From: Halarcobacter sp.
GTDB lineage: Bacteria > Campylobacterota > Campylobacteria > Campylobacterales > Arcobacteraceae
NCBI GenBank assembly: GCA_963676565.1
Contig: OY781089.1
Location: 3,232,001-3,296,000, forward strand
DNA: 64,000 bases
Reading direction: 5' to 3'
Under the pieces are notes generated by a model that saw nothing but the letters and a program-made list of their open reading frames with translations, was not told where the DNA came from and made no database searches. Positions 10,498 through 20,727 of this stretch are shown here, in pieces (within the stretch, counting starts at the first letter, position 1; each line of letters starts with the position of its first letter). The position numbers and the translations under genes are program-made.

Positions 10498-10947
10498 TCA
10501 TAAATGTTTTTGGAAAAACATATTTAATTGATTAGCAAATTTTTGTGAATCTTTTTTAGAAAAAGGAGCCGGTCCTTTTGTTAGTTCACCACTGTCCCTT
10601 AACTCTTGCATCAAGTTTCTAAAAGCTAAATACTCTTTTATATTATCTTGGGTGTATAACTCACCTCTGTGGTCAATTGCATGGGCATTTTTTTCGATTG
10701 TTCTATTAGCTAGAGGAATATCAGCAGTTATAACTAAATCACCCTCTTGTAGTAAGTCAACTATTTTATTATCTGCTTCATCTAAGCCTTCTTCAACTAC
10801 CATATAAGTTACTAAAGAGCTATTATCACCAATTGAGATTTTTTTGTTAGATATTACAAGGGTATTAATATTTAATCTATTTATTGCCTTTAAAACAATA
10901 GGTTTTAAAAGATTGGGGAAGGCATCCCCATCAACAAATAAGGTCAT
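10498..10947 (-). CDS. YaiI/YqxD family protein
   Basis: FVDGDAFP, DEAD..I, VITADIPLA, GPAPFS. Confidence 0.9.
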   Translation of the reverse strand: MTLFVDGDAFPNLLKPIVLKAINRLNINTLVISNKKISIGDNSSLVTYMVVEEGLDEADNKIVDLLQEGDLVITADIPLANRTIEKNAHAIDHRGELYTQDNIKEYLAFRNLMQELRDSGELTKGPAPFSKKDSQKFANQLNMFFQKHL

Positions 10948-11144
10948 TATAAAATCTCTTTTACTCTACCCACTTGCCCATCTTTTAATCTTACTTTTAT
11001 GCCATGTGGGTGTGTTTTTGAATTTGTTAAAATATCTTTTACAAAACCATGGGTTAATTTATTAGTTCTTTGGTCTTGTTTTAAAACTATTTTAACCTCA
11101 AGACCTTCTTTTATATCAGCTCTTTCTTTTGGGTCTCTAATCAT
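10947..11144 (-). CDS. YwbE (DUF2196) family protein
   Basis: LKQDQRT, HPHGIKVRLKDGQVGRV. Confidence 0.88.
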   Translation of the reverse strand: MIRDPKERADIKEGLEVKIVLKQDQRTNKLTHGFVKDILTNSKTHPHGIKVRLKDGQVGRVKEIL

Positions 11145-11628
11145 TTTGCTTCTTATAAAAAAGTGCTTTTTTTAATTCATCTAAATGATAGAAGAAAATT
11201 GCTTTAAAAATAAAAGTGATTTTTGTTTTTTTCGGTTCACTTGTATCTAAAATATCAAAGGTAAACTTCTGATTTGTTTCTTTTGATTCAAAAGTTACAC
11301 TAATAGGTTTTAATGTTCTAATCATATTCATAGTTGTTTTATACTCTTTTGGATTTGCTCCATCAAGCATATCACCATTTTTTTCTTCTCTTCTACTTGC
11401 ATCATAAAGTGCAGTTAGAGTATCTTTAAAAATTGATTTACTAAGAACTACTTTTGTTTTTGTTGTATGAAAAGTACCAGTTTGGTTTAAAAGTGGGTTT
11501 GGTTTTTGCTTTCTTATCTCTTCAACTGCAGTTAATAGAAAGTTATCTCCACCTAAAATACTCGAAAAGTTTTTAATCTCTTCACTTAAACTCTCTTTTT
11601 GAGTTGAATCTAATTTGTTAAAATCCAT
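11137..11628 (-). CDS. Hypothetical protein
   Basis: 163-aa ORF overlapping the start of the YwbE gene. Confidence 0.75.
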   Translation of the reverse strand: MDFNKLDSTQKESLSEEIKNFSSILGGDNFLLTAVEEIRKQKPNPLLNQTGTFHTTKTKVVLSKSIFKDTLTALYDASRREEKNGDMLDGANPKEYKTTMNMIRTLKPISVTFESKETNQKFTFDILDTSEPKKTKITFIFKAIFFYHLDELKKALFYKKQND

Positions 11629-11702
11629 ATTTATCCATTATTGTAATATTAAATGCAAAGATACCATTGTTTTGCTAAACTTTTACATCAAATTATCAGT
11701 TT

Positions 11703-11722
11703 GTTCTAAAAATACACAAGTA
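11703..11722 (+). promoter_or_regulatory. 20-bp motif shared with the cbi/nik operon promoter
   Basis: GTTCTAAAAATACACAAGTA; 19/20 match to 23903-23884; same 37-nt offset to the -10. Confidence 0.7.
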
Positions 11723-11790
11723 ATTCATTTTTTTATTTATTCTATATTACAGCTTAAGTAAACTTTATTTAATTTATTTAAAGGTAAAAA

Positions 11791-12765
11791 ATGAAATTTA
11801 TATTTTTGATTCTTAGTTTATTTTCAATATCACAAGCCACGTTATTTAAAGATTTATATAATAGAGATATCAATATCAAAGAGAATAAAAAGATTGTCTG
11901 TATCGGTCCTGGAGCATTACGACTTATTAAGTATTTAGATTTAGAGAAAAATCTTGTGGGGATTGAAAAAAGAGAATTATCATTTAATAAAAACTCAACT
12001 TATGCACAATACCTAAATAAAGATTTTATAAAAAGTTTACCAATTATAGGACAAGGTGGCCCTTCTAAAATGCCAAACCTAGAAACACTTATAAACTTGA
12101 AACCTGACATTATTTTTGCAACTTTTTTATCAAAAGAACAAATTAATCTAATTGAATCTAAGACAAAAATTCCTGTTGTTGCTTTAAGTTATGGTCAAAC
12201 ACTAAAAAATGAAAAGAAATTAGACTTTATTAAAAAATCCCTTGAATTAATCTCAAAAATTATGAATAAAGAAGAAAGATATCAAACCTTACTTTCTTTT
12301 ATGCAAAAAGAAGAGAATAAAATTTCACAATTTAAAATTGATGATAAAATAATATATGTTGGAGGAGTAGCCTTTAAAGGGATTCATGGAATTACTAGTA
12401 CAGAAAGTAATTATCCTGCTTTTGAACTTTTGAATATAAAAAACCAGTTATTAAAAGGTTATAAAGGGCATGCTTTTATAAATATTGAAACACTTTTAAC
12501 TTTTAATCCTGAAGTTGTATTTTTTGATAAATTAAGTAAAAAGATTATTGAAGAAGAGATACAAAAAGATAAAACAATTTTTTATAATATAAATGCTTTT
12601 AAGAACAATAAGATTTATTGGTTAAATCCAAGTAACTTTTATAATATAAATGTTGAAAATATTTATATAAATAGTTATCTTATTGCTTCAAAGTTTGGAC
12701 ATAAAATCAATATGAAAGATATAAAGAAAAGAGTTCTTGAAGCCTTTTTCCAAACTAAAGAATAA
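11791..12765 (+). CDS. Metal-chelate ABC binding protein (FepB/BtuF/CeuE-type)
   Basis: signal peptide; DLYNRDI, IVCIGPGALRL, LPIIG, LKPDII, NAFKNNKIY. Confidence 0.88.
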   Translation: MKFIFLILSLFSISQATLFKDLYNRDINIKENKKIVCIGPGALRLIKYLDLEKNLVGIEKRELSFNKNSTYAQYLNKDFIKSLPIIGQGGPSKMPNLETLINLKPDIIFATFLSKEQINLIESKTKIPVVALSYGQTLKNEKKLDFIKKSLELISKIMNKEERYQTLLSFMQKEENKISQFKIDDKIIYVGGVAFKGIHGITSTESNYPAFELLNIKNQLLKGYKGHAFINIETLLTFNPEVVFFDKLSKKIIEEEIQKDKTIFYNINAFKNNKIYWLNPSNFYNINVENIYINSYLIASKFGHKINMKDIKKRVLEAFFQTKE

Positions 12766-12767
12766 AA

Positions 12768-13784
12768 ATGTACACTAAAAAACTTTATTCAAAAGAAAAA
12801 CTAGTTTTAATTGGCTTATTAATATCTCTAACTCTGGTTTTAATTTGGATTTCTTTAATTAGTGGAAATGAAGGTATTAACTTTCAAGATACCTATAAAA
12901 TTTTTAAAATGGAAGGCACCTTTCCTATTATATTTTATGAAATTAGAGTACCTAGAACATTAGCAGCTTTTTTTGTGGGAGCTGCATTGGGATTGTCTGG
13001 TGCGATGATGCAAGCAGTATTAAAAAATCCTCTAGCTTCTCCTTTTACTCTTGGTATTTCTCAAGCAAGTGCTTTTGGAGCGAGTTTTGCAATTATCGTT
13101 TTACAAACATATTCAACTTCTACAACTTATGAAGCTGGATTTATAACTGCGCTATTTGCCTTTGGAGCTAGTATGATAAGTACACTTTTGATTTTATCAT
13201 TGGGTAAAAAAGGGAATATGAGTCCTGAGTCTTTAATACTATTTGGTGTTGCTTTGGGTGCATTTTTTTCTGCTTTTACTATGCTTCTTCAATATTTTGC
13301 AGAAGATACTGATGCTGCAGCAACACTGTTTTGGACTTTTGGAGACTTATCAAAGGCGAACAGTTTATCAATTCTTTTGATATCAATTGTTTTGATTTTA
13401 TCACTTATAATTTATTTTAAAATATTTTGGAAATTCGATGCTTTGATGCTTGGAGAAGATAGTGCTAAATCACTTGGGATTAATACCAATAAACTTAGAT
13501 TTTCATCTATGATAATAGCTTCACTTTTAAGTGCAATTAGTGTTTGTTTTTTTGGAATTATTGGTTTTGTAGGCTTAATTGCTCCACATATTGTTAGGTT
13601 ACTTATTGGTAATTCCCATAAATTTATTCTTCCACTTTCTGCTTTATGTGGAGGTATTTTACTTTTACTAGCAGATATTGTTTCAAGAACAGTTTTATTA
13701 CCTGTAATCATACCTGTTGGGATTATCACATCTATGATTGGTGCTCCTTTGTTTTTATACTTTTTATATGTGAGAAGACAATGA
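12768..13784 (+). CDS. FecCD-family ABC permease
   Basis: RVPRTLAA, KNPLASPFTLGIS, GFVGLIAPHIVR. Confidence 0.93.
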   Translation: MYTKKLYSKEKLVLIGLLISLTLVLIWISLISGNEGINFQDTYKIFKMEGTFPIIFYEIRVPRTLAAFFVGAALGLSGAMMQAVLKNPLASPFTLGISQASAFGASFAIIVLQTYSTSTTYEAGFITALFAFGASMISTLLILSLGKKGNMSPESLILFGVALGAFFSAFTMLLQYFAEDTDAAATLFWTFGDLSKANSLSILLISIVLILSLIIYFKIFWKFDALMLGEDSAKSLGINTNKLRFSSMIIASLLSAISVCFFGIIGFVGLIAPHIVRLLIGNSHKFILPLSALCGGILLLLADIVSRTVLLPVIIPVGIITSMIGAPLFLYFLYVRRQ

Positions 13785-14578
13785 GTTTAGAGATTAAGAA
13801 CTTAAGTGTAAAGATAAAAAAAACAAAACTTCTAAATAAGATAAATTTAAAAGTAAAAAATAGTGATTTAAATATAATCATTGGTCCAAATGGTGCAGGA
13901 AAATCAACTCTACTTAAATCAATTTGTAAAATAATAGATAATGTTGAAGGGGAAATTCTTTTAAATGGTGAAAATATTATAGAAAAAGATTTACAAGAAG
14001 TATCAAAAAATATTTCTTATATGGGACAATTTCAAAATAATTCAAATTTAAATGTGATTGATATTCTTGAATTATCAAGGAGAAAATATAGTGGCTTTTC
14101 TTTAAATTATGAAGATCACAAGATTATTGAAAAAATCATCAAAGAAGTTGATATAGAAAAATTTTTACATAAAAATATTGATCTTCTAAGTGGAGGAGAG
14201 AAACAAAAAGTGTTTTTAGCAGCTTCTTTAATTCAAGAGCCAAAGGTTTTATTACTGGATGAACCAACCTCTTCTCTAGACCCTAAAAATCAAATAGAGA
14301 TGTTAGAGATTATAAAAAAAGTAAGTAAAGAGAAAAGCTTGATTACATTAATGGTAATCCACGATTTACAAAACGCTTTACACTATGCAGACAAAATTAT
14401 AATGCTAAAGGATAAAGAGATTATTGATTTTCAAGATTCTTTAAATGTAGATGCAAAAATGATTTCAAATTTATATAATATCCCATGTGAAATATTTTGG
14501 CAAAATGGACATCCCTTTACATTTTTTGGGCATACACATAATCATGGAAATTCCCACCATAATCATCATGAACACTAA
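13781..14578 (+). CDS. ABC ATPase (FecE-like) with His-rich C-terminal tail
   Basis: ATG at 13781 overlaps the permease stop; GPNGAGKS, LSGGEKQ, LLLDEPT; ends HTHNHGNSHHNHHEH. Confidence 0.92.
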   Translation: MSLEIKNLSVKIKKTKLLNKINLKVKNSDLNIIIGPNGAGKSTLLKSICKIIDNVEGEILLNGENIIEKDLQEVSKNISYMGQFQNNSNLNVIDILELSRRKYSGFSLNYEDHKIIEKIIKEVDIEKFLHKNIDLLSGGEKQKVFLAASLIQEPKVLLLDEPTSSLDPKNQIEMLEIIKKVSKEKSLITLMVIHDLQNALHYADKIIMLKDKEIIDFQDSLNVDAKMISNLYNIPCEIFWQNGHPFTFFGHTHNHGNSHHNHHEH

Positions 14579-14596
14579 GAAAATTAAGGAAAAACA

Positions 14597-15346
14597 TTGT
14601 TACTAAATCAATTAAAAGAAAAAGCACTTAAAAGTGCAATAGAAAACAAACTATTTTTAAAAGAGTTTTTATTAGATAAAACTTTTACTTTTTGTATCAT
14701 AAGTGATGGAGAGAATGATTTTATAGGATTAACTCTTACTCCTAAAAATGAGGGTGAATTAAACTCAATCCAGTTAAATACTATAGAAGAGATTTTAACT
14801 ACAAATAACTATGATTTGGCATTAAGAGCAGTAAGTCTTGCACTTATTAATGCCATAGGACAATATGAATTAAGCAAAAAAGATATCCCCTTAAAAGAAA
14901 ATCTTAGAGTAGAACTTCATGAAACAATATATAATCTAAGTTGTGAAGATGATAATATTGTATTTATTGGAAATTTAAAACCTGTTGTGAAAAAACTTAG
15001 TACTTCAAGAAAAAATATCTCAGTATTTTGCAGATCTATGACAGATGAAAAAAATGGTGTATATAACGATATTTTCGAATATGAAGCAGTAGAAAAAGCA
15101 GATATAGTTATTATAACAGGAGCTGCACTTATTGGCTCAACTATTGATGCACTTTTAAAATTTACATCAAAGGCAAAGGCAGTTATTTTATCTGGTTTCT
15201 CAGCTGGATTAAATCCCTCATGGTTAGAAGGGTATCCTATCACTCATGTGGCAAGTACAAGCTTAAAGAAAAGTAAAAAAGAGGATATATTGAATATCTC
15301 ATTAGAAGGGATATTCAACAATAGTTGTTATACTATTAAAAGATAA
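14597..15346 (+). CDS. DUF364-like (Rossmann-like, putative metal-chelation) protein
   Basis: RAVSLALINA, IVFIGN, ADIVIITGAALIGSTID; TTG start with AAGGA SD. Confidence 0.7.
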   Translation: MLLNQLKEKALKSAIENKLFLKEFLLDKTFTFCIISDGENDFIGLTLTPKNEGELNSIQLNTIEEILTTNNYDLALRAVSLALINAIGQYELSKKDIPLKENLRVELHETIYNLSCEDDNIVFIGNLKPVVKKLSTSRKNISVFCRSMTDEKNGVYNDIFEYEAVEKADIVIITGAALIGSTIDALLKFTSKAKAVILSGFSAGLNPSWLEGYPITHVASTSLKKSKKEDILNISLEGIFNNSCYTIKR

Positions 15347-15362
15347 GAGAGCCTAGCTCCCT

Positions 15363-17486
15363 TTAATCTTTTTTGAATTGTTTATCACTTAGATTTTCTA
15401 TAATATTTTTAGCAATATTTGAAGTATCAACTGAGATTTGTTTTGTATGGCTAGCAACATTTGCATTCTCTTGAGTTCTAGTATCTAATTTACTAACTGT
15501 ATCATTTATTTGTTCTATAGCTTCTCTTTGTTCTTTAGAAGCAGATTCAATTTGTAAAATTAGTTCTGACGTCTTATTAATACTTTCATTTAAAACAATA
15601 TAGCCATTTATCATCTCATCTGCATTTTTCTTACCAATTTCAGTTTTATTAGTTGCATTTTCAACTAAATCCTTAATCTCTTTTGCTGCTTCAGCACTTC
15701 TACTTGCAAGGTTTCTAACCTCTTGTGCTACAACTGCAAAACCTTTTCCTGCTTCCCCTGCTGTTGCTGCTTCAACTGCTGCATTAAGTGAAAGAATGTT
15801 TGTTTGAAAAGCAATTTGATCAATTATAGTTATTGCCTCAGCAATTGCATTTGTTTGATCATTGATTTCATTCATAGATTCAACAGTATTTTTTGCTAAG
15901 TTTTGCCCATCTGTAATTGAATTTCTTAAGATATTAGAATTTTCTGCCATTTGAGATATATTTTCTGTTGTCTCAACTATTGTTGCAGTAATCTCTTCAA
16001 GGGAAGCGGAACTCTCTTCTAAAGAAGCCGCTGTTTGATTAGATGAAGTATTTAATGTATCAACATTATCTAAAAGATTTCTTGCATTCTCTTCTAAAAC
16101 CTGTCCTAATCTGTAATTCTCTTGTAGCATTTTATTAATCATCTCATTAAGATTATTTAAGCCAATAGAGATTTTCCCATCAGCATTTGGAACATTATTT
16201 ACAAAGTTAAAATTAGAATACTCTTCTAAAGATTTTAAAATATCGTTAATATCACTATTTACATTTTTACTAATAGTTTCTATCATCTCATTTAAAATAT
16301 CTTTTAACTCATTTAATGATTTATTAGTGGTTTCATTTTCTACTTTAACATTTAAATTTCCATCTTTTATTTTGTTAACAGCATTCTTTACATCTTCAAT
16401 TAACTCTTTATCTTTTTCTAAACTAATTTTAACACTATCTATTTCTATATCAATTTTTTTGGCCATATTTCCAAATTCATCATTTGTTTTAATATTTAAC
16501 ATAGAAACATTTTCACTCTCACCTTTTAAGTAAGAAAAGAAATCATTCAAGCCATTTTCTAAAGTTTTAATTGGAGATAAAAGTTTAACTAGCATATAGT
16601 AAAGTAATGACAAGATTAAAACCAATAATACTAAATAAAGAAAAATCTCTTTATAAATATCTGCTTTTATATCATTAAAAATTGAATCTTTTTCTATTTG
16701 AACAACTAATGCCCAAGAAGAAAATGGAACCTTACTATAACTTAATAAAGTATCAATATTATTCATGCTAACTTCAACAAACTCTTCATTTTTATTAAGT
16801 TTTATTTTTTTTGAGATTTCACTAACTTTTTTTAATAGTTTTTTATTTTTATGAACTAAATATTTTCCATCTTCAGATAATAAATAAGAAATTGTTGGCA
16901 CTCCCATATCAAGATTTAAAATCTCTTTTACAATAGTGTCCAAAAATATATTTGCCCCAACTACACCTACTAGTTTTCCATCTTTCTTAAATGGAGCAAA
17001 AAGTGTAATAACAAGTTTATTTGAACTTGCACTTATAAAAGGGTCTGTAACACCTTTTCCATCAATTTTTTTTGACTTCACATACCAGGGTCTTTTTCTA
17101 GCATCATAATTCATCGTTGCAATACTTTTTAAAGAACCATCAAATTTAATTAAATCACCACTTTCTTCAACTCCAACATACATACTTGCAAAATCACCTG
17201 ATTTTTTACCAAGTAAAATTTTATCTACTAAAACTTTGTTTTTATTAGTGAATTCTTCATCTTGAATTAAAGCGGCAACAGACTCAACAATTTGCATTTT
17301 TGATTTTAAATAATCATCAATAAATTTTGAAGTTTGTTTTGTCATACTTAATTGATCATATTTTACTAAATTAAACTCTGATTCGAATTTATTTGTAGTA
17401 TTATAGAAACCTAATATTAAAAACGAACAAGCAATACTTGCAAACAAAAGTACTAATAGTTTAGTCTTGATACTTGAAAAATTCAT
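15363..17486 (-). CDS. Methyl-accepting chemotaxis protein with dCache sensor
   Basis: YDARKRPWY Cache motif; [37 protein letters not shown]. Confidence 0.96.
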   Translation of the reverse strand: MNFSSIKTKLLVLLFASIACSFLILGFYNTTNKFESEFNLVKYDQLSMTKQTSKFIDDYLKSKMQIVESVAALIQDEEFTNKNKVLVDKILLGKKSGDFASMYVGVEESGDLIKFDGSLKSIATMNYDARKRPWYVKSKKIDGKGVTDPFISASSNKLVITLFAPFKKDGKLVGVVGANIFLDTIVKEILNLDMGVPTISYLLSEDGKYLVHKNKKLLKKVSEISKKIKLNKNEEFVEVSMNNIDTLLSYSKVPFSSWALVVQIEKDSIFNDIKADIYKEIFLYLVLLVLILSLLYYMLVKLLSPIKTLENGLNDFFSYLKGESENVSMLNIKTNDEFGNMAKKIDIEIDSVKISLEKDKELIEDVKNAVNKIKDGNLNVKVENETTNKSLNELKDILNEMIETISKNVNSDINDILKSLEEYSNFNFVNNVPNADGKISIGLNNLNEMINKMLQENYRLGQVLEENARNLLDNVDTLNTSSNQTAASLEESSASLEEITATIVETTENISQMAENSNILRNSITDGQNLAKNTVESMNEINDQTNAIAEAITIIDQIAFQTNILSLNAAVEAATAGEAGKGFAVVAQEVRNLASRSAEAAKEIKDLVENATNKTEIGKKNADEMINGYIVLNESINKTSELILQIESASKEQREAIEQINDTVSKLDTRTQENANVASHTKQISVDTSNIAKNIIENLSDKQFKKD

Positions 17487-17528
17487 AACAACCCCTTATA
17501 GTTTTAAATATCTAAAATTTTATAGTGC

Positions 17529-17628
17529 CAAAATGACTTAAGCGTGATACTATTTTACAACAAGTTGTAATAAATAAGATCTTAATGTTGACAAAATGAC
17601 TTAACCGTGACCAATTTTACAACAAATT
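17529..17628 (-). repeat. Duplicated ~37-bp promoter element upstream of the MCP gene (63-bp period)
   Basis: CAAAATGACTTAA(G/C)CGTGA...ATTTTACAACAA at 17529 and 17592. Confidence 0.8.
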
Positions 17629-17733
17629 ATATAAATTCACCACACCTATTATAAAAAATAATAGAAATCATATTATTCTTCTAAGGAAGTTTTCTATAAA
17701 GTATCACTCTTAATTAAATAATAGGCAAATACA

Positions 17734-18483
17734 ATGTTAGGAACAAAAATAATTGGAAATGGAGATACTAAAATCATTTTTTTACATGAACTTATGGGTG
17801 ACTGTAGAAACTATGAAGCTATATTTCCCTTTTTGGATAAAGAAAATTTTACATATATCTTCATAGATTTAAGAGGTTATGGATTATCAAAAGAGATAAA
17901 AGGGGAATACAACTTAGAAGAAGCTTCCAATGATGTTAAAAATTTAATAACAAAATTAAAATTAGATGAAGTTATCCTTGTAGCCCACTCAATGTCAACG
18001 ATGATAGCCCAAAGAGTTGCACTAATTGAAAAGAAGATAAAAAAACTGATTTTAACAACACCTATTTCAGCTTCAGGTATAAAAGTTCCTGAGATACAAA
18101 AGAAAAGTTTGATTAGAAAGATGACTGAAAATAAAAGAGCAATTGAACAAATTGTAAGAAGTTCAAGTAGAAGATATAATCAAAGCTGGGCAAAATATAG
18201 AATAGATATGGGATATAGTTCATCTTTAGTTGAGGCTAGAGTTTCTTATATGAATATGTACCTTAACACAAGTGATAATGAAAATGATATTAATGAAGAG
18301 ATTGAAGTTAATATAATACTTGGTAAACATGACTCTGCGGTTTTTGCAAAAAAAGAAACAGAAAAAAATTTCTCTAAATACAAGAATGTAAATATAATCG
18401 AATGTCAAGAAGCAGGTCATTATCCAATGATAGAGTGTCCAGTTTTTTATGCAAGTAAAATTGAAGAGTTATCTAAAAAATGA
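17734..18483 (+). CDS. Alpha/beta hydrolase
   Basis: IDLRGYGLS, AHSMS nucleophile elbow, GKHD, AGHYP. Confidence 0.9.
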   Translation: MLGTKIIGNGDTKIIFLHELMGDCRNYEAIFPFLDKENFTYIFIDLRGYGLSKEIKGEYNLEEASNDVKNLITKLKLDEVILVAHSMSTMIAQRVALIEKKIKKLILTTPISASGIKVPEIQKKSLIRKMTENKRAIEQIVRSSSRRYNQSWAKYRIDMGYSSSLVEARVSYMNMYLNTSDNENDINEEIEVNIILGKHDSAVFAKKETEKNFSKYKNVNIIECQEAGHYPMIECPVFYASKIEELSKK

Positions 18484-19484
18484 AAATAAAAGTTGCATCT
18501 TTTAATCTTTTCCAATTTTGTGCCCCTCCCTACTCATGGTATATAAAAAAAGATAAATTCACCAATGAACAATGGGATAAAAAAACAAATTGGATAAAAG
18601 AACAAATAGAAAAAATGGATTGTGATATCATAGGCTTTCAAGAAGTTTTTTCAAAGGATGAATTAGAAAAAATTTGTAAAGAGTTAGGGTATAACTATTT
18701 TGTAATGGTTGATGAGGCGAAAAAGGACAAAATAAACTCAAATGTTTATATAAGTACAACTGTAGCATTAGCTTCTAAATATCCAATTTTAAAAATAGAA
18801 GAAATTAAACCCCATATAAAAAGTTTGAAAAAACATTTTTTTAATGAAAAATTTGATTTCTCAAGAAAACCAATAAAGGCTTTAATTGAAATTGAACATA
18901 AAAAAGAGATTTTTATTTATGTAAATCATTTCAAATCAAATAGATTAAATGAGTTTGAATATATTTTTAACAAAGAAACATCACTTAGTGAGAAAAAACA
19001 AAAAGTTTTTACTTCATTAAAAAACAAAAATCTATCAGCACTAAAACAAAGACTTTGTGAAACTTCATCTTTATATTATGATTTTTTAAATTGTGATAAA
19101 CCTATAATTTGTTTATGTGATTTAAATGATAAAGAGTTTTCCCTTTCAATTGATGCATTAACAAATAGTTCATATCACAACGAAAGAAAAAAGTTTAATT
19201 CATATTTATTATATGATGCATATAATTTGGCCTCTAAAAAACAATCAAATCCCCATCCTGAAAAAAAGAATCTAAGAAAAGCAACTAGTTATTACCTATC
19301 AAAAGGAAATGTAATTGATTATATTTTTGTATCAAAGGATTTTAATAAAAAAGATAAGAATGCTATAGGAAAAATAAACTCCTATGAAGTTTTAGACAAT
19401 CATCTAAAAGATAACAAAGACGGCAGTTTATTGCAAAGTGACCATGCTCAAATTGTTTGTGAAATAGAGTTTTTTAACTTATAG
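18480..19484 (+). CDS. Endonuclease/exonuclease/phosphatase family protein
   Basis: ASFNL, IGFQEV, NHFKS, DLND, IDYIF, SDH. Confidence 0.9.
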   Translation: MKIKVASFNLFQFCAPPYSWYIKKDKFTNEQWDKKTNWIKEQIEKMDCDIIGFQEVFSKDELEKICKELGYNYFVMVDEAKKDKINSNVYISTTVALASKYPILKIEEIKPHIKSLKKHFFNEKFDFSRKPIKALIEIEHKKEIFIYVNHFKSNRLNEFEYIFNKETSLSEKKQKVFTSLKNKNLSALKQRLCETSSLYYDFLNCDKPIICLCDLNDKEFSLSIDALTNSSYHNERKKFNSYLLYDAYNLASKKQSNPHPEKKNLRKATSYYLSKGNVIDYIFVSKDFNKKDKNAIGKINSYEVLDNHLKDNKDGSLLQSDHAQIVCEIEFFNL

Positions 19485-19969
19485 GCCCAAACTTTGTAAG
19501 CTTTTTGTCCTAAATGAAGCCCATCTGTTGTTAACTCCTCTTTTAAAAGTCCTTTTTCATTGGAAAAGGCACTATTAAAGTCAATCATTTGTATATCTTT
19601 AGTTTCACAATACTCTTTTATCATTTGATTTAAGGTATTAACTTTTTTATTAACTGCTGGCATTTGAGTAATTAATACAGACTGAACAATAACTTTTATC
19701 TTTTTTTGGATAATTTTCTCTAAAATATTTTTATAGTTTTCAAATGTTTTTTCAAGGGGAACAGAAAGACATAAGTCATTTATCCCTATCATCAAACAAA
19801 TTATTTTTGGTTCTAACTCTATTGCTCTATTAACTCTATTTAATACCCCAAGGGTATTGTCCCCATCAATGCCTAGATTTATTACAAAATTGTTTTCTAA
19901 AAGCTTTTTCCAATCACCTCGAGCAGTAATTGAATCGCCTAACATCACAACTTCAATAGTTTTTTTCAT
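19448..19969 (-). CDS. SGNH/GDSL hydrolase
   Basis: LGDSIT, NLGIDGD, IGIND, DGLH. Confidence 0.92.
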   Translation of the reverse strand: MKKTIEVVMLGDSITARGDWKKLLENNFVINLGIDGDNTLGVLNRVNRAIELEPKIICLMIGINDLCLSVPLEKTFENYKNILEKIIQKKIKVIVQSVLITQMPAVNKKVNTLNQMIKEYCETKDIQMIDFNSAFSNEKGLLKEELTTDGLHLGQKAYKVWAYKLKNSISQTI

Positions 19970-19978
19970 ATTAAATCT

Positions 19979-20677
19979 TTATTTTTTCAAAGCATAATCT
20001 ACGGCACTTAGAACATGCAATTTTGTAGTATCATAAATAGGAATATCAACATAACCTTGTTTTATCAACATAGAGATTTCTGTACATCCTAAAATTACAC
20101 CCTCACAATCATAATCCTCTTCTAGTCTTTTTATAATTTTTATATATTCATCCCTAGATTTCTTAATACATTTACCTAAACACAACTCTTTGTAGATAAC
20201 TTCATGGATTAAATCTTGCTCAATTTCATTTGGAACTATTACTTCTATTTTGTATTTTTCTTCAATTCTATTTTTGTAAAACTCTTCTGTCATAGTGAAC
20301 TTTGTTCCTAAAAGAGCAACTTTTTTAATACCATCTTTTAGTAAAGCTTGTGCTGTACAATCTGCAATATGTAAAATAGGGATATTTATATTTTCTTCAA
20401 TTTGAGGTGCTACTTTGTGCATTGTATTAGTGCATATAATTAAAAAATCTGCCTTTGCATCTTCCACAGCTTTTGCTTCATTTGATAAAATTTCAGCTGT
20501 TTCTTCCCATAAAGAACTGTGTTGAAACTTTTCTATCTCTTCAAAATCAACACTTGAAAGTATTATTTTAGCACTATGTAAACCACCAAGTCTATGTTTA
20601 ATCTCTTCATTTAAAAGTTTATAATAAGTTGAAGTACTCTCCCAACTCATGCCACCTAACATACCAATTTTTTTCAT
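19979..20677 (-). CDS. Aspartate/glutamate racemase family (YgeA/RacX-like)
   Basis: GGMSWEST, CTNTMH, LGCTEI. Confidence 0.93.
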   Translation of the reverse strand: MKKIGMLGGMSWESTSTYYKLLNEEIKHRLGGLHSAKIILSSVDFEEIEKFQHSSLWEETAEILSNEAKAVEDAKADFLIICTNTMHKVAPQIEENINIPILHIADCTAQALLKDGIKKVALLGTKFTMTEEFYKNRIEEKYKIEVIVPNEIEQDLIHEVIYKELCLGKCIKKSRDEYIKIIKRLEEDYDCEGVILGCTEISMLIKQGYVDIPIYDTTKLHVLSAVDYALKK

Positions 20678-20727
20678 ATTTATATAACCTTCATAAAAGC
20701 GTCTATTTATAAAGATTATATTGAATA

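Noticed and set aside
17517..17532. Sigma-54 promoter (TTGGCAC on the minus strand)
   Set aside because: No TTGC at the -12 position.
19448..19484. 37-nt overlap of the convergent EEP and GDSL genes
   Set aside because: Short 3' overlaps are common in compact genomes, and both proteins keep their terminal catalytic motifs.
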